DNA from: an uncultured Mycoplasmatota bacterium
GTDB taxonomy: Bacteria; Bacillota_I; Bacilli_A; RF39; UBA660
Length of the DNA stretch: 64,000 bases
Assembly: GCA_947570175.1 (NCBI GenBank)
Contig: CANOTJ010000003.1
Location: 24,083-88,082 of the forward strand
Direction: 5' to 3'
Shown here: piece by piece, positions 1 to 8,605 of the stretch
Layout: the number at the start of each line of letters is the position of its first letter
Position numbering within the stretch: the first letter of the stretch is position 1
Notes under the pieces: model-generated
Told to the model about the DNA's origin: nothing
Seen by the model: only the letters and a program-made list of their open reading frames with translations
Database searches by the model: none
Position numbers and translations under genes: made by a program

Positions 1-66
1 TATTATTAACTATAAAAATAAAAATACTACGTATTTTTACAAAAAAAACAAGAAAGGATGGATTAA

Positions 67-447
67 GTGGATGAGAAATTTAGTCAAATAAAAAATAAAC
101 TGATAATCTCTGATATTCATGAAAAAGCTTTTAGAATAGCATGTTATTTAATTTCTTGTTCAAAAAATAGAATATGTTATCCATCGGAATACAAGATTGC
201 AGAAGATCTACATTTGTCAAGAAATACAGTACATGAGTACTTAAAAGAACTTGAAAGTAAAAAAATCATAACAATAGAAAAACAATTTATTGGGAAAGGT
301 AAGAAGGCACCTAGCAAATATACAATTTCGAAAGAATATGTTGTTTCCAAAATGAGCAAGCAAAAACATCTTGAACAGCTTATCAGAGAATTACATAATG
401 AACCTGAAATAAAAGAATTGTTTGATTATGATTGGTTAAATGAATGA
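67..447 (+). CDS. Winged-HTH protein (replication-initiator N-terminal/HTH_36-like)
   Basis: CYPSEYKIAEDLHLSRNTVHEYLKELESKKII motif. Confidence 0.7.
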   Translation: MDEKFSQIKNKLIISDIHEKAFRIACYLISCSKNRICYPSEYKIAEDLHLSRNTVHEYLKELESKKIITIEKQFIGKGKKAPSKYTISKEYVVSKMSKQKHLEQLIRELHNEPEIKELFDYDWLNE

Positions 448-469
448 GGAAGATTAGAGGACAGATAAA

Positions 470-673
470 ATGCTTAATTTAAAGAGAAAATATATAGATT
501 ACGAAAAATATTGCAAAGATATTCAGAGTAAAGATAATCAAATCAAAGAGAAAGATAATCGAATAAATGATTTAATAAAAGAGATTGAAGAACATAAACA
601 AATCATTGAAGAATTAAAAAAATCTTATGAGGAGGTAATGTGTGAAAAAGAAAATAAAAATTATTTCAAATAA
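470..673 (+). CDS. Phage coiled-coil hypothetical protein
   Basis: ORF with RBS, coupled to neighbours. Confidence 0.65.
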   Translation: MLNLKRKYIDYEKYCKDIQSKDNQIKEKDNRINDLIKEIEEHKQIIEELKKSYEEVMCEKENKNYFK

Positions 674-962
674 AGTTAATGAATTAATTAAACAGATTAC
701 TTATGAAGTTAAAGATTGTTTTATGTGGATTAAGAATCGAAAATCTACACAAGAAGAAATTATAAGAGATGAAATTCAATACACTAAAGCTATGGCGAAA
801 ATAACAGAAATGCAACGACAATTAGAAGAAACTCAAAAGAAATTTGAAGAATATCAAAAAGAAATAGAACATCAACGAAAATTAAAAGAAACATATTTAA
901 GGAATTGTAAGAATTTAACAAAGAAAATTGAAGTAATAAAAGAAAGAAGGAAAATAATATGA
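642..962 (+). CDS. Phage coiled-coil hypothetical protein
   Basis: GAGGAGG RBS, stop overlaps next start. Confidence 0.65.
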   Translation: MKKKIKIISNKVNELIKQITYEVKDCFMWIKNRKSTQEEIIRDEIQYTKAMAKITEMQRQLEETQKKFEEYQKEIEHQRKLKETYLRNCKNLTKKIEVIKERRKII

Positions 963-1204
963 AAATAGGAAATGTTGTTATTAATAAGATTGAAAATGAA
1001 GGAAAAGTAAAAGCTTATGTTAATTTTATAATTAACGAGGATTTTGCAGTACATGACGCAAGAATTATTGAGGGGAACAAGGGACTATTTGTAGCAATGC
1101 CAAGCAGAAAAACTATGAATGGTTTTAAAGATGTATGCCATCCAATAACTCAAGAGTTAAGACAAGAAATCAATCAGATTATTCTTGAAGAATATAACAA
1201 ATAA
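959..1204 (+). CDS. spoVG: SpoVG-family nucleic-acid-binding protein (phage-borne)
   Basis: FAVHDARIIEGNKGLFVAMPSRK...FKDVCHPI signature. Confidence 0.9.
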   Translation: MKIGNVVINKIENEGKVKAYVNFIINEDFAVHDARIIEGNKGLFVAMPSRKTMNGFKDVCHPITQELRQEINQIILEEYNK

Positions 1205-1230
1205 AAATGATAATAAGTAGGAGGGATAAA

Positions 1231-1458
1231 ATGTTAAAAGAATGTTTACAAGGAATAGCAGATGCAATAACATCTGAACTATTTCCTAAACTATTTATAT
1301 TATCACTTATTATGTTTTTTTTAGGATTAATTGTAGGATATTCAATTATTGATATCGATGTAAAGAAACAGTGTGATGAAATGAGCATAACAGAGGCATT
1401 TCAATATCCATATTGTCGGAATTATTTTGAAGAACAATTAAGAAAATTAAAGGACTAA
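1231..1458 (+). CDS. Phage membrane protein
   Basis: GGAGGG RBS before ATG 1231; one hydrophobic helix. Confidence 0.6.
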   Translation: MLKECLQGIADAITSELFPKLFILSLIMFFLGLIVGYSIIDIDVKKQCDEMSITEAFQYPYCRNYFEEQLRKLKD

Positions 1459-1459
1459 T

Positions 1460-1774
1460 ATGGAATTAAAAGAAAACAATATCAAAGATCTTTCAGTTGA
1501 TCTTGAGCAGAGTCAAGAAACACTAAAAAAAATTTCTGGCATAGCAAAATCTTTAGTAGAAGTAATATCCGATACATTTACAGAATTTTGGGATAAAATC
1601 AATGGTGACACGATTCTACAATATAAAAAACTATACAATCAATCACAATATAAATACATAAAAAAAGGCAAAAAGTATGTCAAAGCAAGGAGACATAATA
1701 GCGAAGATATTAGCAAAGTATTTTTAAGGAAAATATCGCATTATAGTAAAAAAATTAATCAATATAAAAATTAA
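1460..1774 (+). CDS. Phage hypothetical protein
   Basis: Tightly packed ORF. Confidence 0.6.
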   Translation: MELKENNIKDLSVDLEQSQETLKKISGIAKSLVEVISDTFTEFWDKINGDTILQYKKLYNQSQYKYIKKGKKYVKARRHNSEDISKVFLRKISHYSKKINQYKN

Positions 1775-1793
1775 AGTAAATAGAGGTGAAATT

Positions 1794-2090
1794 ATGGCTA
1801 AAAAATACAGTAGTAATTGGGATGCTAAAAGACTAATTGTTAGTTTTAATCAAAAACAATGGAGACAAGATTTTGCATCTTTTGTAAGAGAAAAGAAATT
1901 TTGGGATATAACAAGAGTTACTAGATCTAGATCAATAAGCAATAATCCATTAGATAGAGGTATTAAATCATTTGAAGTCTATAATCAATATGGTGGAAGT
2001 GTTAAGGTTACTTATCAAGATGATAATAAAATCATCGATTCTACTGATGATGAAATAATAAGAAAATATTTACAAGAAAAGGGTGTGTAA
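1794..2090 (+). CDS. Phage hypothetical protein
   Basis: GAGGTG RBS. Confidence 0.65.
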   Translation: MAKKYSSNWDAKRLIVSFNQKQWRQDFASFVREKKFWDITRVTRSRSISNNPLDRGIKSFEVYNQYGGSVKVTYQDDNKIIDSTDDEIIRKYLQEKGV

Positions 2091-2091
2091 T

Positions 2092-2259
2092 ATGCTAGGA
2101 ATAATATTAATAATCGCCTTATTACTAGGACTATGTGCTTATAAAGATATAAAAATAGATAAATTAAAGGACCAATTAACAATAAAACAATCTGAAAATT
2201 TATCTTTAAAAAGGGTAATGTATGAAAATGACTTAATACCAGAGGAGTATGTAAAGTGA
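2092..2259 (+). CDS. 55-aa membrane-anchored phage protein (not in ORF track)
   Basis: MLGIILIIALLLGLCAYKDIKIDKL...; fills gap exactly, stop overlaps next GTG. Confidence 0.65.
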   Translation: MLGIILIIALLLGLCAYKDIKIDKLKDQLTIKQSENLSLKRVMYENDLIPEEYVK

Positions 2260-2510
2260 TCATAAATTATAAAGAATTACTGTATGCGATATTTAATAGT
2301 GATCCTTATTCTGAAAACGGACAAGAATTTCCAATAATTGTTTATGACATATTAAATAGTGGATTGCCCGTTGCAGTATTTAAAAATGCTAGTACATGCG
2401 CTAAATTTTTCAACACAACACCAAATGTAATCAAATGTACTATATGTAGAAATAGTTTAAAAAGAAATAGATATAAATTAGAAAGAGTGAAGTTAGATGA
2501 AAGAATTTGA
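2256..2510 (+). CDS. Phage protein with NUMOD1-like HTH
   Basis: VAVFKNASTCAKFFNTTPNVIKCTI pattern. Confidence 0.5.
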   Translation: MIINYKELLYAIFNSDPYSENGQEFPIIVYDILNSGLPVAVFKNASTCAKFFNTTPNVIKCTICRNSLKRNRYKLERVKLDERI

Positions 2511-2691
2511 TTTTATGGATAAATTATTTCTTGGATTTATGATTTGGGGTGTTTTAGCTATTACAAGCTTGATTGTTTTAGGATTTATAAATGTCTTAAA
2601 TAATAGATTTAGTCGATATGACGTAAACCAAGATGGAATAGTTAATGCACAAGATTATGTTGCAGTTAAGAATTATATTATGGGGAAGTAA
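2497..2691 (+). CDS. Membrane-anchored single dockerin/EF-hand repeat protein
   Basis: TM helix followed by YDVNQDGIVNAQDYVAVKNYIMG. Confidence 0.7.
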   Translation: MKEFDFMDKLFLGFMIWGVLAITSLIVLGFINVLNNRFSRYDVNQDGIVNAQDYVAVKNYIMGK

Positions 2692-2705
2692 AAAGGAGGA
2701 ATAAA

Positions 2706-3134
2706 ATGGAAGATAAACATTGTGATGGAAGTGATTTTGACTTCTTAATTGGAAAATCAATTGAAAAAGTAGAAGAAAAAAGAGGAAGTTATGATACAGA
2801 TTTATTCATTCTAACTTGTAATGATAATACAGTAATCGAAATTGAAACAAATAATGGATGTGGTGGCTGTGGAAATGGTTGGTCTAGTTTCGATGATTTG
2901 AAAAAATTAGAGAACAATCATAACGTGATTACTAATGTTGTTTGCAAATATGTTTCTGAATTGGCAAAAGAAAAAGAAGATTATGATATGTGGGATTATT
3001 GTGAAAATTATGAATTTAAACTATTTGTATATTATCAAGATGATATGTTAACACTTGAAGGTGATGATGGATATGGAAATGGCTATTATGGTGGTGGATT
3101 TTATGTAACCATTAAGGATATAGAGGTGAAATAA
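2706..3134 (+). CDS. Phage hypothetical protein (GCGGC and GNGYYG motifs)
   Basis: Strong RBS; motif-rich acidic protein. Confidence 0.7.
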   Translation: MEDKHCDGSDFDFLIGKSIEKVEEKRGSYDTDLFILTCNDNTVIEIETNNGCGGCGNGWSSFDDLKKLENNHNVITNVVCKYVSELAKEKEDYDMWDYCENYEFKLFVYYQDDMLTLEGDDGYGNGYYGGGFYVTIKDIEVK

Positions 3135-3135
3135 A

Positions 3136-3453
3136 ATGAAAGAAGATATATTAAAAGTAATAAATAATTATGGAGTAATACCACAATTAAAATACTTTCA
3201 AAGTGAAGTATTTGAATTAAATGAAGCAATAATACAAAAAGAATATTCTGTAATAGGTGGCAAACCTGAACCACTTATTAATACAGAAAATAATCATATA
3301 GCAGAGGAACTATCTGATGTAATGTTCATGCTTAAACAATTTCAATATTACTACGGAATTAATGATTCAAATATAAAAGAAATTATGAAATTTAAAATTG
3401 AAAGACAATTAAAAAGAATTGAGGAAAGTAAAATAGCTGAGGTGGGTAAATAA
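3136..3453 (+). CDS. MazG-like NTP pyrophosphohydrolase
   Basis: SEVFELNEAI...IAEELSDVMFML (EExxD) motif. Confidence 0.7.
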   Translation: MKEDILKVINNYGVIPQLKYFQSEVFELNEAIIQKEYSVIGGKPEPLINTENNHIAEELSDVMFMLKQFQYYYGINDSNIKEIMKFKIERQLKRIEESKIAEVGK

Positions 3454-3872
3454 TGAAGAAAACAAAAAATGTATTAACAATTTTAGGAATGATTATAGGA
3501 ATATTATTAATCATATTTGGATTAACAGGATGTACAGATGCAGAGATAGCATCACAAAACGTAAGCAAAGAAGCAGATCAATTTAGAGTAAAAAGAAGAA
3601 TAGTATTTATAAATTTAAGACATGATAGTTACTTATTTGAAATTATCGGAAATTGTTCAATAGAGACTGATAGTAGCGATAATCAATTAGAAGTAATTTG
3701 CAAAGTAGGAGAGGACAAGTATCAAAAACACTTCTTATATTTATCAAATGAAACAACTTATACAGTAGAACAATTAAATTATAGTGAAGTATCTAAATAT
3801 GATTATGAGATAGTATTTAAACCTGAAAGTATTGTACCTATTAAGATTGAAACAGAAGTAGGAGGAAAATAA
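3453..3872 (+). CDS. Phage lipoprotein
   Basis: Signal peptide with LTGC lipobox. Confidence 0.75.
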   Translation: MKKTKNVLTILGMIIGILLIIFGLTGCTDAEIASQNVSKEADQFRVKRRIVFINLRHDSYLFEIIGNCSIETDSSDNQLEVICKVGEDKYQKHFLYLSNETTYTVEQLNYSEVSKYDYEIVFKPESIVPIKIETEVGGK

Positions 3873-3874
3873 AA

Positions 3875-4114
3875 ATGTGGGAAATATGGCTATATAAAAC
3901 TTTAATGGCTTTTATAAGTATTCAAATATTAGAGGTAGTATTTAGAAGTCAAATAAAGAAAGCATTTAAAAAAAATAATACGAATGGTGTCGGATTTATA
4001 AAAGGTACTGTTAATTGTTTATTAGTATCAATGATTCCGGTTATGCGATGGGTATTTGTATCATTGGTTGTTATAGTGATATTTGCAGGTACTCTTATAG
4101 ATGAAGAAAAATAG
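3875..4114 (+). CDS. Phage membrane protein
   Basis: GGAGG RBS, hydrophobic segments. Confidence 0.6.
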   Translation: MWEIWLYKTLMAFISIQILEVVFRSQIKKAFKKNNTNGVGFIKGTVNCLLVSMIPVMRWVFVSLVVIVIFAGTLIDEEK

Positions 4115-4133
4115 AAGAATTGAGGAGTGAGTT

Positions 4134-4322
4134 ATGAAAACATTTGCAGTAATTATGAAATATATAACATTGAGTTTGTTAATGTTTCATACAATATTTT
4201 TTATATTATGTATTTACAACGGAACAGTTTTAAATATTATAACAAGTTGTATTAATGAAGTAACGTTTATATTTAATGCTCTTATTTGGAATATGTTTGT
4301 GGAGGATTTATCATATGAGTAA
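4134..4322 (+). CDS. Phage membrane protein
   Basis: GAGGAG RBS, two hydrophobic segments. Confidence 0.6.
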   Translation: MKTFAVIMKYITLSLLMFHTIFFILCIYNGTVLNIITSCINEVTFIFNALIWNMFVEDLSYE

Positions 4323-4605
4323 GCTAATATTTAATCCAGAAAAAGATATGAAAGAATTGAAAATGTATGGGTTTAAATATATAGATGTCAGTAAAGTACA
4401 ATGGGCTAACAGTAACAATAATTATTGGTGCAAAAAGGTGTATTTGGGCGATGATTATGATAATAGAGTATTTTATTTAATTAATGAAAAGGATAGATAT
4501 TATCATGTTGACTCTTGCGAAAGTGGAGTATTAGATAATACAACCTATGATTTAATCAAAGCAAATTTAATAATTGATGAGGAGAAATTGAAAAATGAAA
4601 ATTAA
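4315..4605 (+). CDS. Phage hypothetical protein
   Basis: GGAGG RBS before ATG 4315. Confidence 0.6.
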   Translation: MSKLIFNPEKDMKELKMYGFKYIDVSKVQWANSNNNYWCKKVYLGDDYDNRVFYLINEKDRYYHVDSCESGVLDNTTYDLIKANLIIDEEKLKNEN

Positions 4606-4786
4606 TTTATCTGAATTGGTTAAAGAAAATCTAAATTTAAAACAAGCCTTAAATGAAATAAAAGAATGTTGTGAAAATAATGCTATTGAAGTAAACACTA
4701 GAGAATATGGAAGTTTAGTCGTAACTAATATTGATGATATTTTACAAATAATAGACAAAGCATTAGGAGATGAAAACGATGAGTGA
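4595..4786 (+). CDS. Phage hypothetical protein
   Basis: Overlapping start/stop; shares C-terminal motif with next ORF. Confidence 0.6.
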   Translation: MKINLSELVKENLNLKQALNEIKECCENNAIEVNTREYGSLVVTNIDDILQIIDKALGDENDE

Positions 4787-5015
4787 ATTTGAAACAATAA
4801 AAGATATGCAAAGAGAAGATTTAGAGTATGCCTATTATGGAGCAAAAGTAAAATATAGAGAATATGAAAATAAATTAAAAGAAATAAGAAATCTTATATT
4901 GGAACTAGATGATGAAACAGATGATACAACTTGTTTTGATATAGAAAGCAGTATTAGAGAAGAACTGTTACATAGAATTGATGAAGCATTAGGAGGGAAT
5001 AATGGGATTAAATAA
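4770..5015 (+). CDS. Phage hypothetical protein
   Basis: Coupled ORF. Confidence 0.6.
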   Translation: MKTMSEFETIKDMQREDLEYAYYGAKVKYREYENKLKEIRNLILELDDETDDTTCFDIESSIREELLHRIDEALGGNNGIK

Positions 5016-5250
5016 TTTTATATTAAATTGTGAAAAAGAAAATCAAGAATTAAAAAAAGACATTAAATACTATAAAAATAAAAGAAAAAGATTGCAAAAT
5101 AAACTTGAACAACAATCCAATGCTATTGATGAGTGTATTGAATTAATAGCAAAGTATATACAAGAATGTACTTATGGAGAAGTGCCAAAATATCAAAAAT
5201 TATTAGAAAAACTACAACAAGCGAAAGGTGATAATAATAATGGAAAATAA
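5002..5250 (+). CDS. Phage coiled-coil hypothetical protein
   Basis: GGAGGG RBS. Confidence 0.6.
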   Translation: MGLNNFILNCEKENQELKKDIKYYKNKRKRLQNKLEQQSNAIDECIELIAKYIQECTYGEVPKYQKLLEKLQQAKGDNNNGK

Positions 5251-5407
5251 AGAAAAACTATTAAAATTAAAGGAAATGTTAGAAAAGCAATTAAAATTTG
5301 CAGATGAAATAAACAATTTACCTATGTGTATTGAGATTGGTAATAAGTTAAATAAAATAGATAACAAGCTAAGAGAATTACAAGCGAAAGGTGGTTGTGA
5401 TGAATAA
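5240..5407 (+). CDS. 55-aa phage protein (not in ORF track)
   Basis: MENKEKLLKL...LQAKGGCDE; AAGGTG RBS; overlaps both neighbours. Confidence 0.6.
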   Translation: MENKEKLLKLKEMLEKQLKFADEINNLPMCIEIGNKLNKIDNKLRELQAKGGCDE

Positions 5408-5663
5408 TCCAAGAGTAGATATATCTGAAAAAGAATATTTAAGATTAATCGATCGAGATAATCGTATAAATGATTTAGTAAAGTATTTAGAAGATAAGAT
5501 AACATTATATGATAATGATATAAAACAATCACAGCAATGGTTAGATGTTGAAGAAATGCATCAATCGGTAAAGGCTGATATGCATAAATCCAAATGTATT
5601 AAAAAAGAATTAGAGATTATTCTAGAAAGGCTAAAAAGTGATAATTATGAACAGAAAAACTGA
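5400..5663 (+). CDS. Phage hypothetical protein
   Basis: Coupled ORF. Confidence 0.6.
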   Translation: MNNPRVDISEKEYLRLIDRDNRINDLVKYLEDKITLYDNDIKQSQQWLDVEEMHQSVKADMHKSKCIKKELEIILERLKSDNYEQKN

Positions 5664-5979
5664 ATTAGTAAAAGTACCTTCAAATTTTCTTATAAAAAAT
5701 GTAATTATAGACGACGATATTTATAAAGAGGGATTTATAGAAATAGACAGATGTCTAGTAGATGAAATAAAAAAATTATGGTGGATAGGAATACATACAA
5801 CAGGTTGTTGTTGTGGTCATAATGAAAATGTTGGATTTATACAAGTAGAGAGAACAGATTTACAAAAGATGCTAGATTTTGGTTATGAATGGTATCATGA
5901 TTATTCAAATGATCTTGGTGGAAATAATAGATATGATGCTTTTATTCCTAAAAGTAAATGTCATTGTGAGAAAGGTTAA
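5638..5979 (+). CDS. Phage Cys-rich hypothetical protein
   Basis: IDRCLVDEI...GIHTTGCCCGH motif. Confidence 0.65.
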   Translation: MIIMNRKTELVKVPSNFLIKNVIIDDDIYKEGFIEIDRCLVDEIKKLWWIGIHTTGCCCGHNENVGFIQVERTDLQKMLDFGYEWYHDYSNDLGGNNRYDAFIPKSKCHCEKG

Positions 5980-5991
5980 GAGGTAGTAAAT

Positions 5992-6291
5992 ATGAGTAAA
6001 TGGAAATGTGAAATATGTGGAAGTAGATTTGAAAACTTTCATGCACAAGGATTCGATCATAAGATATATTGTCCTTTATGTTATTTTAAAAAATTAAGTA
6101 TTAATTTGAAGAAAGAAAATCAACGACTAAAATCACAATTAAAACAAAGTAGTAATGTGATTGTTGAAATAAAAAAATATTTACAAGGATCTTACGAAAT
6201 GTCTATTTATACAAAAAGTGTAATGTTAGATAAAGATGGTATTGATGATTTGTTTGATATTTTAAACAAATACAAAGGTGATGATAAATAA
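5992..6291 (+). CDS. Phage zinc-finger plus coiled-coil protein
   Basis: CEIC...CPLC. Confidence 0.65.
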   Translation: MSKWKCEICGSRFENFHAQGFDHKIYCPLCYFKKLSINLKKENQRLKSQLKQSSNVIVEIKKYLQGSYEMSIYTKSVMLDKDGIDDLFDILNKYKGDDK

Positions 6292-6325
6292 AAAAGAAGA
6301 TCATTAAAATCTCCCATAATTAATT

Positions 6326-6448
6326 TCAACATCGATTGAAAAAGCAACTTATCAACCCAAACAACAAAAACAATGGTACTAAAAAGACTGCGATAATAAG
6401 TGCAATTGGCAAAAAAAGTATAAATAATATAAACCATAAAAAGCACAT
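6326..6448 (-). CDS. 40-aa hydrophobic membrane peptide, antisense to the early operon
   Basis: MCFLWFILFILFLPIALIIAVFLVPLFLLFGLISCFFNRC with AAGAGGT RBS; sits in a gap in the + strand operon. Confidence 0.65.
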   Translation of the reverse strand: MCFLWFILFILFLPIALIIAVFLVPLFLLFGLISCFFNRC

Positions 6449-6538
6449 AATAATTACCTCTTTTAAATAATAAATGCAGTGAAGTTATTGGTGACAATAA
6501 TATATTACTAATAAAAATCTAATAGAAAGGGAATAAAA

Positions 6539-6712
6539 GTGAAAAGCAAAGATTTAATCAAAAGAGATAGAGTATTAAAAATTATTGAAGCAAAACTAAA
6601 TCATGAAGAAATGTTACTAAAACAAGCTAGTACTGAATACAGAAAAAGATTATCAAGTTATCAAATAGCAATGTTAAGAGATTTATACGATACTATAAAG
6701 CTTATGCCCTAA
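6539..6712 (+). CDS. 57-aa phage protein (not in ORF track)
   Basis: GTG start, GAAAGGG RBS; stop lies at start of the repeat. Confidence 0.6.
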   Translation: MKSKDLIKRDRVLKIIEAKLNHEEMLLKQASTEYRKRLSSYQIAMLRDLYDTIKLMP

Positions 6713-6834
6713 AAATAGCAAAAAGTATCAAAGATAAAAAATAAGGTATAAACCTTTATAAATACTAGCAAAAGATAAGTTTATATAGGTGCAATATAAT
6801 ATTGTGGTTATCTTGCATCAAATAATAAAGAAAA
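6711..6834 (+). repeat. 124-bp imperfect direct repeat, copy 1, with 13-6-13 recombination-site-like core (6788-6819)
   Basis: Aligns without gaps to 9647-9770; core GGTGCAATATAAT-ATTGTG-GTTATCTTGCATC. Confidence 0.92.
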
Positions 6835-6848
6835 AAGGAGGGAAATAT

Positions 6849-7196
6849 ATGCATTTTGAAGATGAAAAAGACTATAAACAAAAATATGATGAATTCTGGA
6901 AAGATATAGTAGAGAATGAAGATGGAACATTAAATAAGGATCAAGTAATGAGAGAATTATCCGATTATTCTATGGTCATGGATAACTGTGCTAGGGCATT
7001 TGTATTAATGACAAATGGGGCAATATCTAAACAAAATACAATGTTTTTTGAAGTAGAGGGAATATTTAATAATATTTTTATTTCAAAAGCACTAGCTGCA
7101 GATGATTTAATAAATACATGTTTAACAAAAGACATGAGCTATGAGGAAATTATTGCAGCAATAAAAGATTATTTTGATTATGAGGAGGAAAAATAA
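6849..7196 (+). CDS. Phage hypothetical protein
   Basis: AGGAGGG RBS before ATG 6849. Confidence 0.7.
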   Translation: MHFEDEKDYKQKYDEFWKDIVENEDGTLNKDQVMRELSDYSMVMDNCARAFVLMTNGAISKQNTMFFEVEGIFNNIFISKALAADDLINTCLTKDMSYEEIIAAIKDYFDYEEEK

Positions 7197-7197
7197 T

Positions 7198-7533
7198 ATG
7201 ATGCCAAATTGTGTTCTTAGACCTACTACGATATACATAAAAGATAATGAATCAGGGGAAATGTTAGAACTAGGGAATATTGAAAAACTAGAATTAGAAG
7301 AAATTCAAACAGAACATGAAACTTATAATCAAGGTATTAATTATATCAGTCACCCTCGAGAAGTATCGGTATCTTACAAATTAAAAAAACTTTCAAAGAA
7401 AAAGTTCATTAAATTATTAATGGCAAGAAAAATTCAAAGGAATGCAGCTAATGAACTTGCTAAATACTTTTTAAATAAAAGAGGTTATTACTCTTATATA
7501 GATTTATTTTTATTAGATGGAGGTGCTTTATGA
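7198..7533 (+). CDS. Phage hypothetical protein
   Basis: GAGGAGG RBS. Confidence 0.65.
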   Translation: MMPNCVLRPTTIYIKDNESGEMLELGNIEKLELEEIQTEHETYNQGINYISHPREVSVSYKLKKLSKKKFIKLLMARKIQRNAANELAKYFLNKRGYYSYIDLFLLDGGAL

Positions 7534-7719
7534 AATATATAATTTATGAGTATATTGCAGCATATATGTTTCAACCAGCTAGATATGATCGATACGAAAT
7601 AAAAACAGATAAAGAACTTAAAGATTTTTTTATTTAAGCATCAAAATAATTTAAAAAATATAGAAATATTTAATAAATCAAATAAATGCAAAATTAACTT
7701 TGAAGTATATATAAAATAG
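7530..7719 (+). pseudogene. Small ORF frameshifted in a T7 run (7625-7631)
   Basis: GGAGG RBS; removing one T gives a 62-aa ORF ending just before the recombinase RBS. Confidence 0.55.
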
Positions 7720-7741
7720 TAAAAAGAAAGTAGGTGTAATC

Positions 7742-8605
7742 ATGACAAAAGATGAAATAAAAATCAAATTAGATGAATGGATTAATCAACAACGATTAGA
7801 TGAATATTCTAAAAAGACATTAGTAGATTATCGCCATGGTGTAGATTTGTTTATTCAATGGATAAAAGAAGATGAATTTGCTATTAATAAAGATCTTACT
7901 TTAGATTACAAAGAATATTTAGAAAAAGAGTTTGCACTTAATTCTAGAAATAAATATATTGTTGAATTAAATAAATTTTTAAAATATATAGGATATAAAG
8001 ATTGCACCTTAAAAAAGTTTAAAACACAAAGAAAAACATCTATTGATGATCCTATATGGGATCAAGAACATAAACGAATGCTACGATGGGCAAAAAAATT
8101 AGATATGGAAGATATGTATTGGATTATGGAATCATTTGCACTCGCAGGAATAAGAGTAGAAGAATTAAAATTCTTTACAGTAGAAAGAATAACAGAAAGT
8201 AATTTTATTAAAGTTTTCAATAAAGGAAAAGAAAGGACAATTATTTTAACGAATGAATTACGAAGAGGACTTATAGATTATTGTAAAAGAAAAAATATTA
8301 CATCTGGTTATGTATTTATTAGTCCTGTAAAACCGAATCAGATGTTAAATAATAGTACAATTTGGAGGCGATTAAAGAAAATTGCTAAAGCAGCAAAGAT
8401 TAATCCCAATAAAATCCACCCACATGCATGGCGACATTTATTTGCTAAAAAAGCTAAAGAAATCGGAATAGATCTAGATGAATTACAAGATATATTTGGT
8501 CATGCCGATATAAAAACAACATCTATTTATACCATGACATCTAATAGAGAGAAAAAAGCAAAAATGGAAAAAATAAAATATGGAAAGGGGCAAGATTATG
8601 AATAG
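7742..8605 (+). CDS. Tyrosine recombinase (XerC/D-like, no arm-binding domain)
   Basis: GIRVEE (R), KGKER (K), HPHAWRH (HxxR), FGH, TSIY (Y). Confidence 0.95.
   Translation: MTKDEIKIKLDEWINQQRLDEYSKKTLVDYRHGVDLFIQWIKEDEFAINKDLTLDYKEYLEKEFALNSRNKYIVELNKFLKYIGYKDCTLKKFKTQRKTSIDDPIWDQEHKRMLRWAKKLDMEDMYWIMESFALAGIRVEELKFFTVERITESNFIKVFNKGKERTIILTNELRRGLIDYCKRKNITSGYVFISPVKPNQMLNNSTIWRRLKKIAKAAKINPNKIHPHAWRHLFAKKAKEIGIDLDELQDIFGHADIKTTSIYTMTSNREKKAKMEKIKYGKGQDYE

Noticed and set aside
6207-6497. 96-aa minus-strand ORF from the track
   Set aside because: It overlaps a + strand gene and has no RBS; the 40-aa ORF in another frame (6326-6448) has the RBS.
7742-8605. Recombinase as the prophage's own integrase
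   Set aside because: It lies mid early operon, lacks an arm-binding domain and has its own flanking sites; the lysogeny module should be left of the window.
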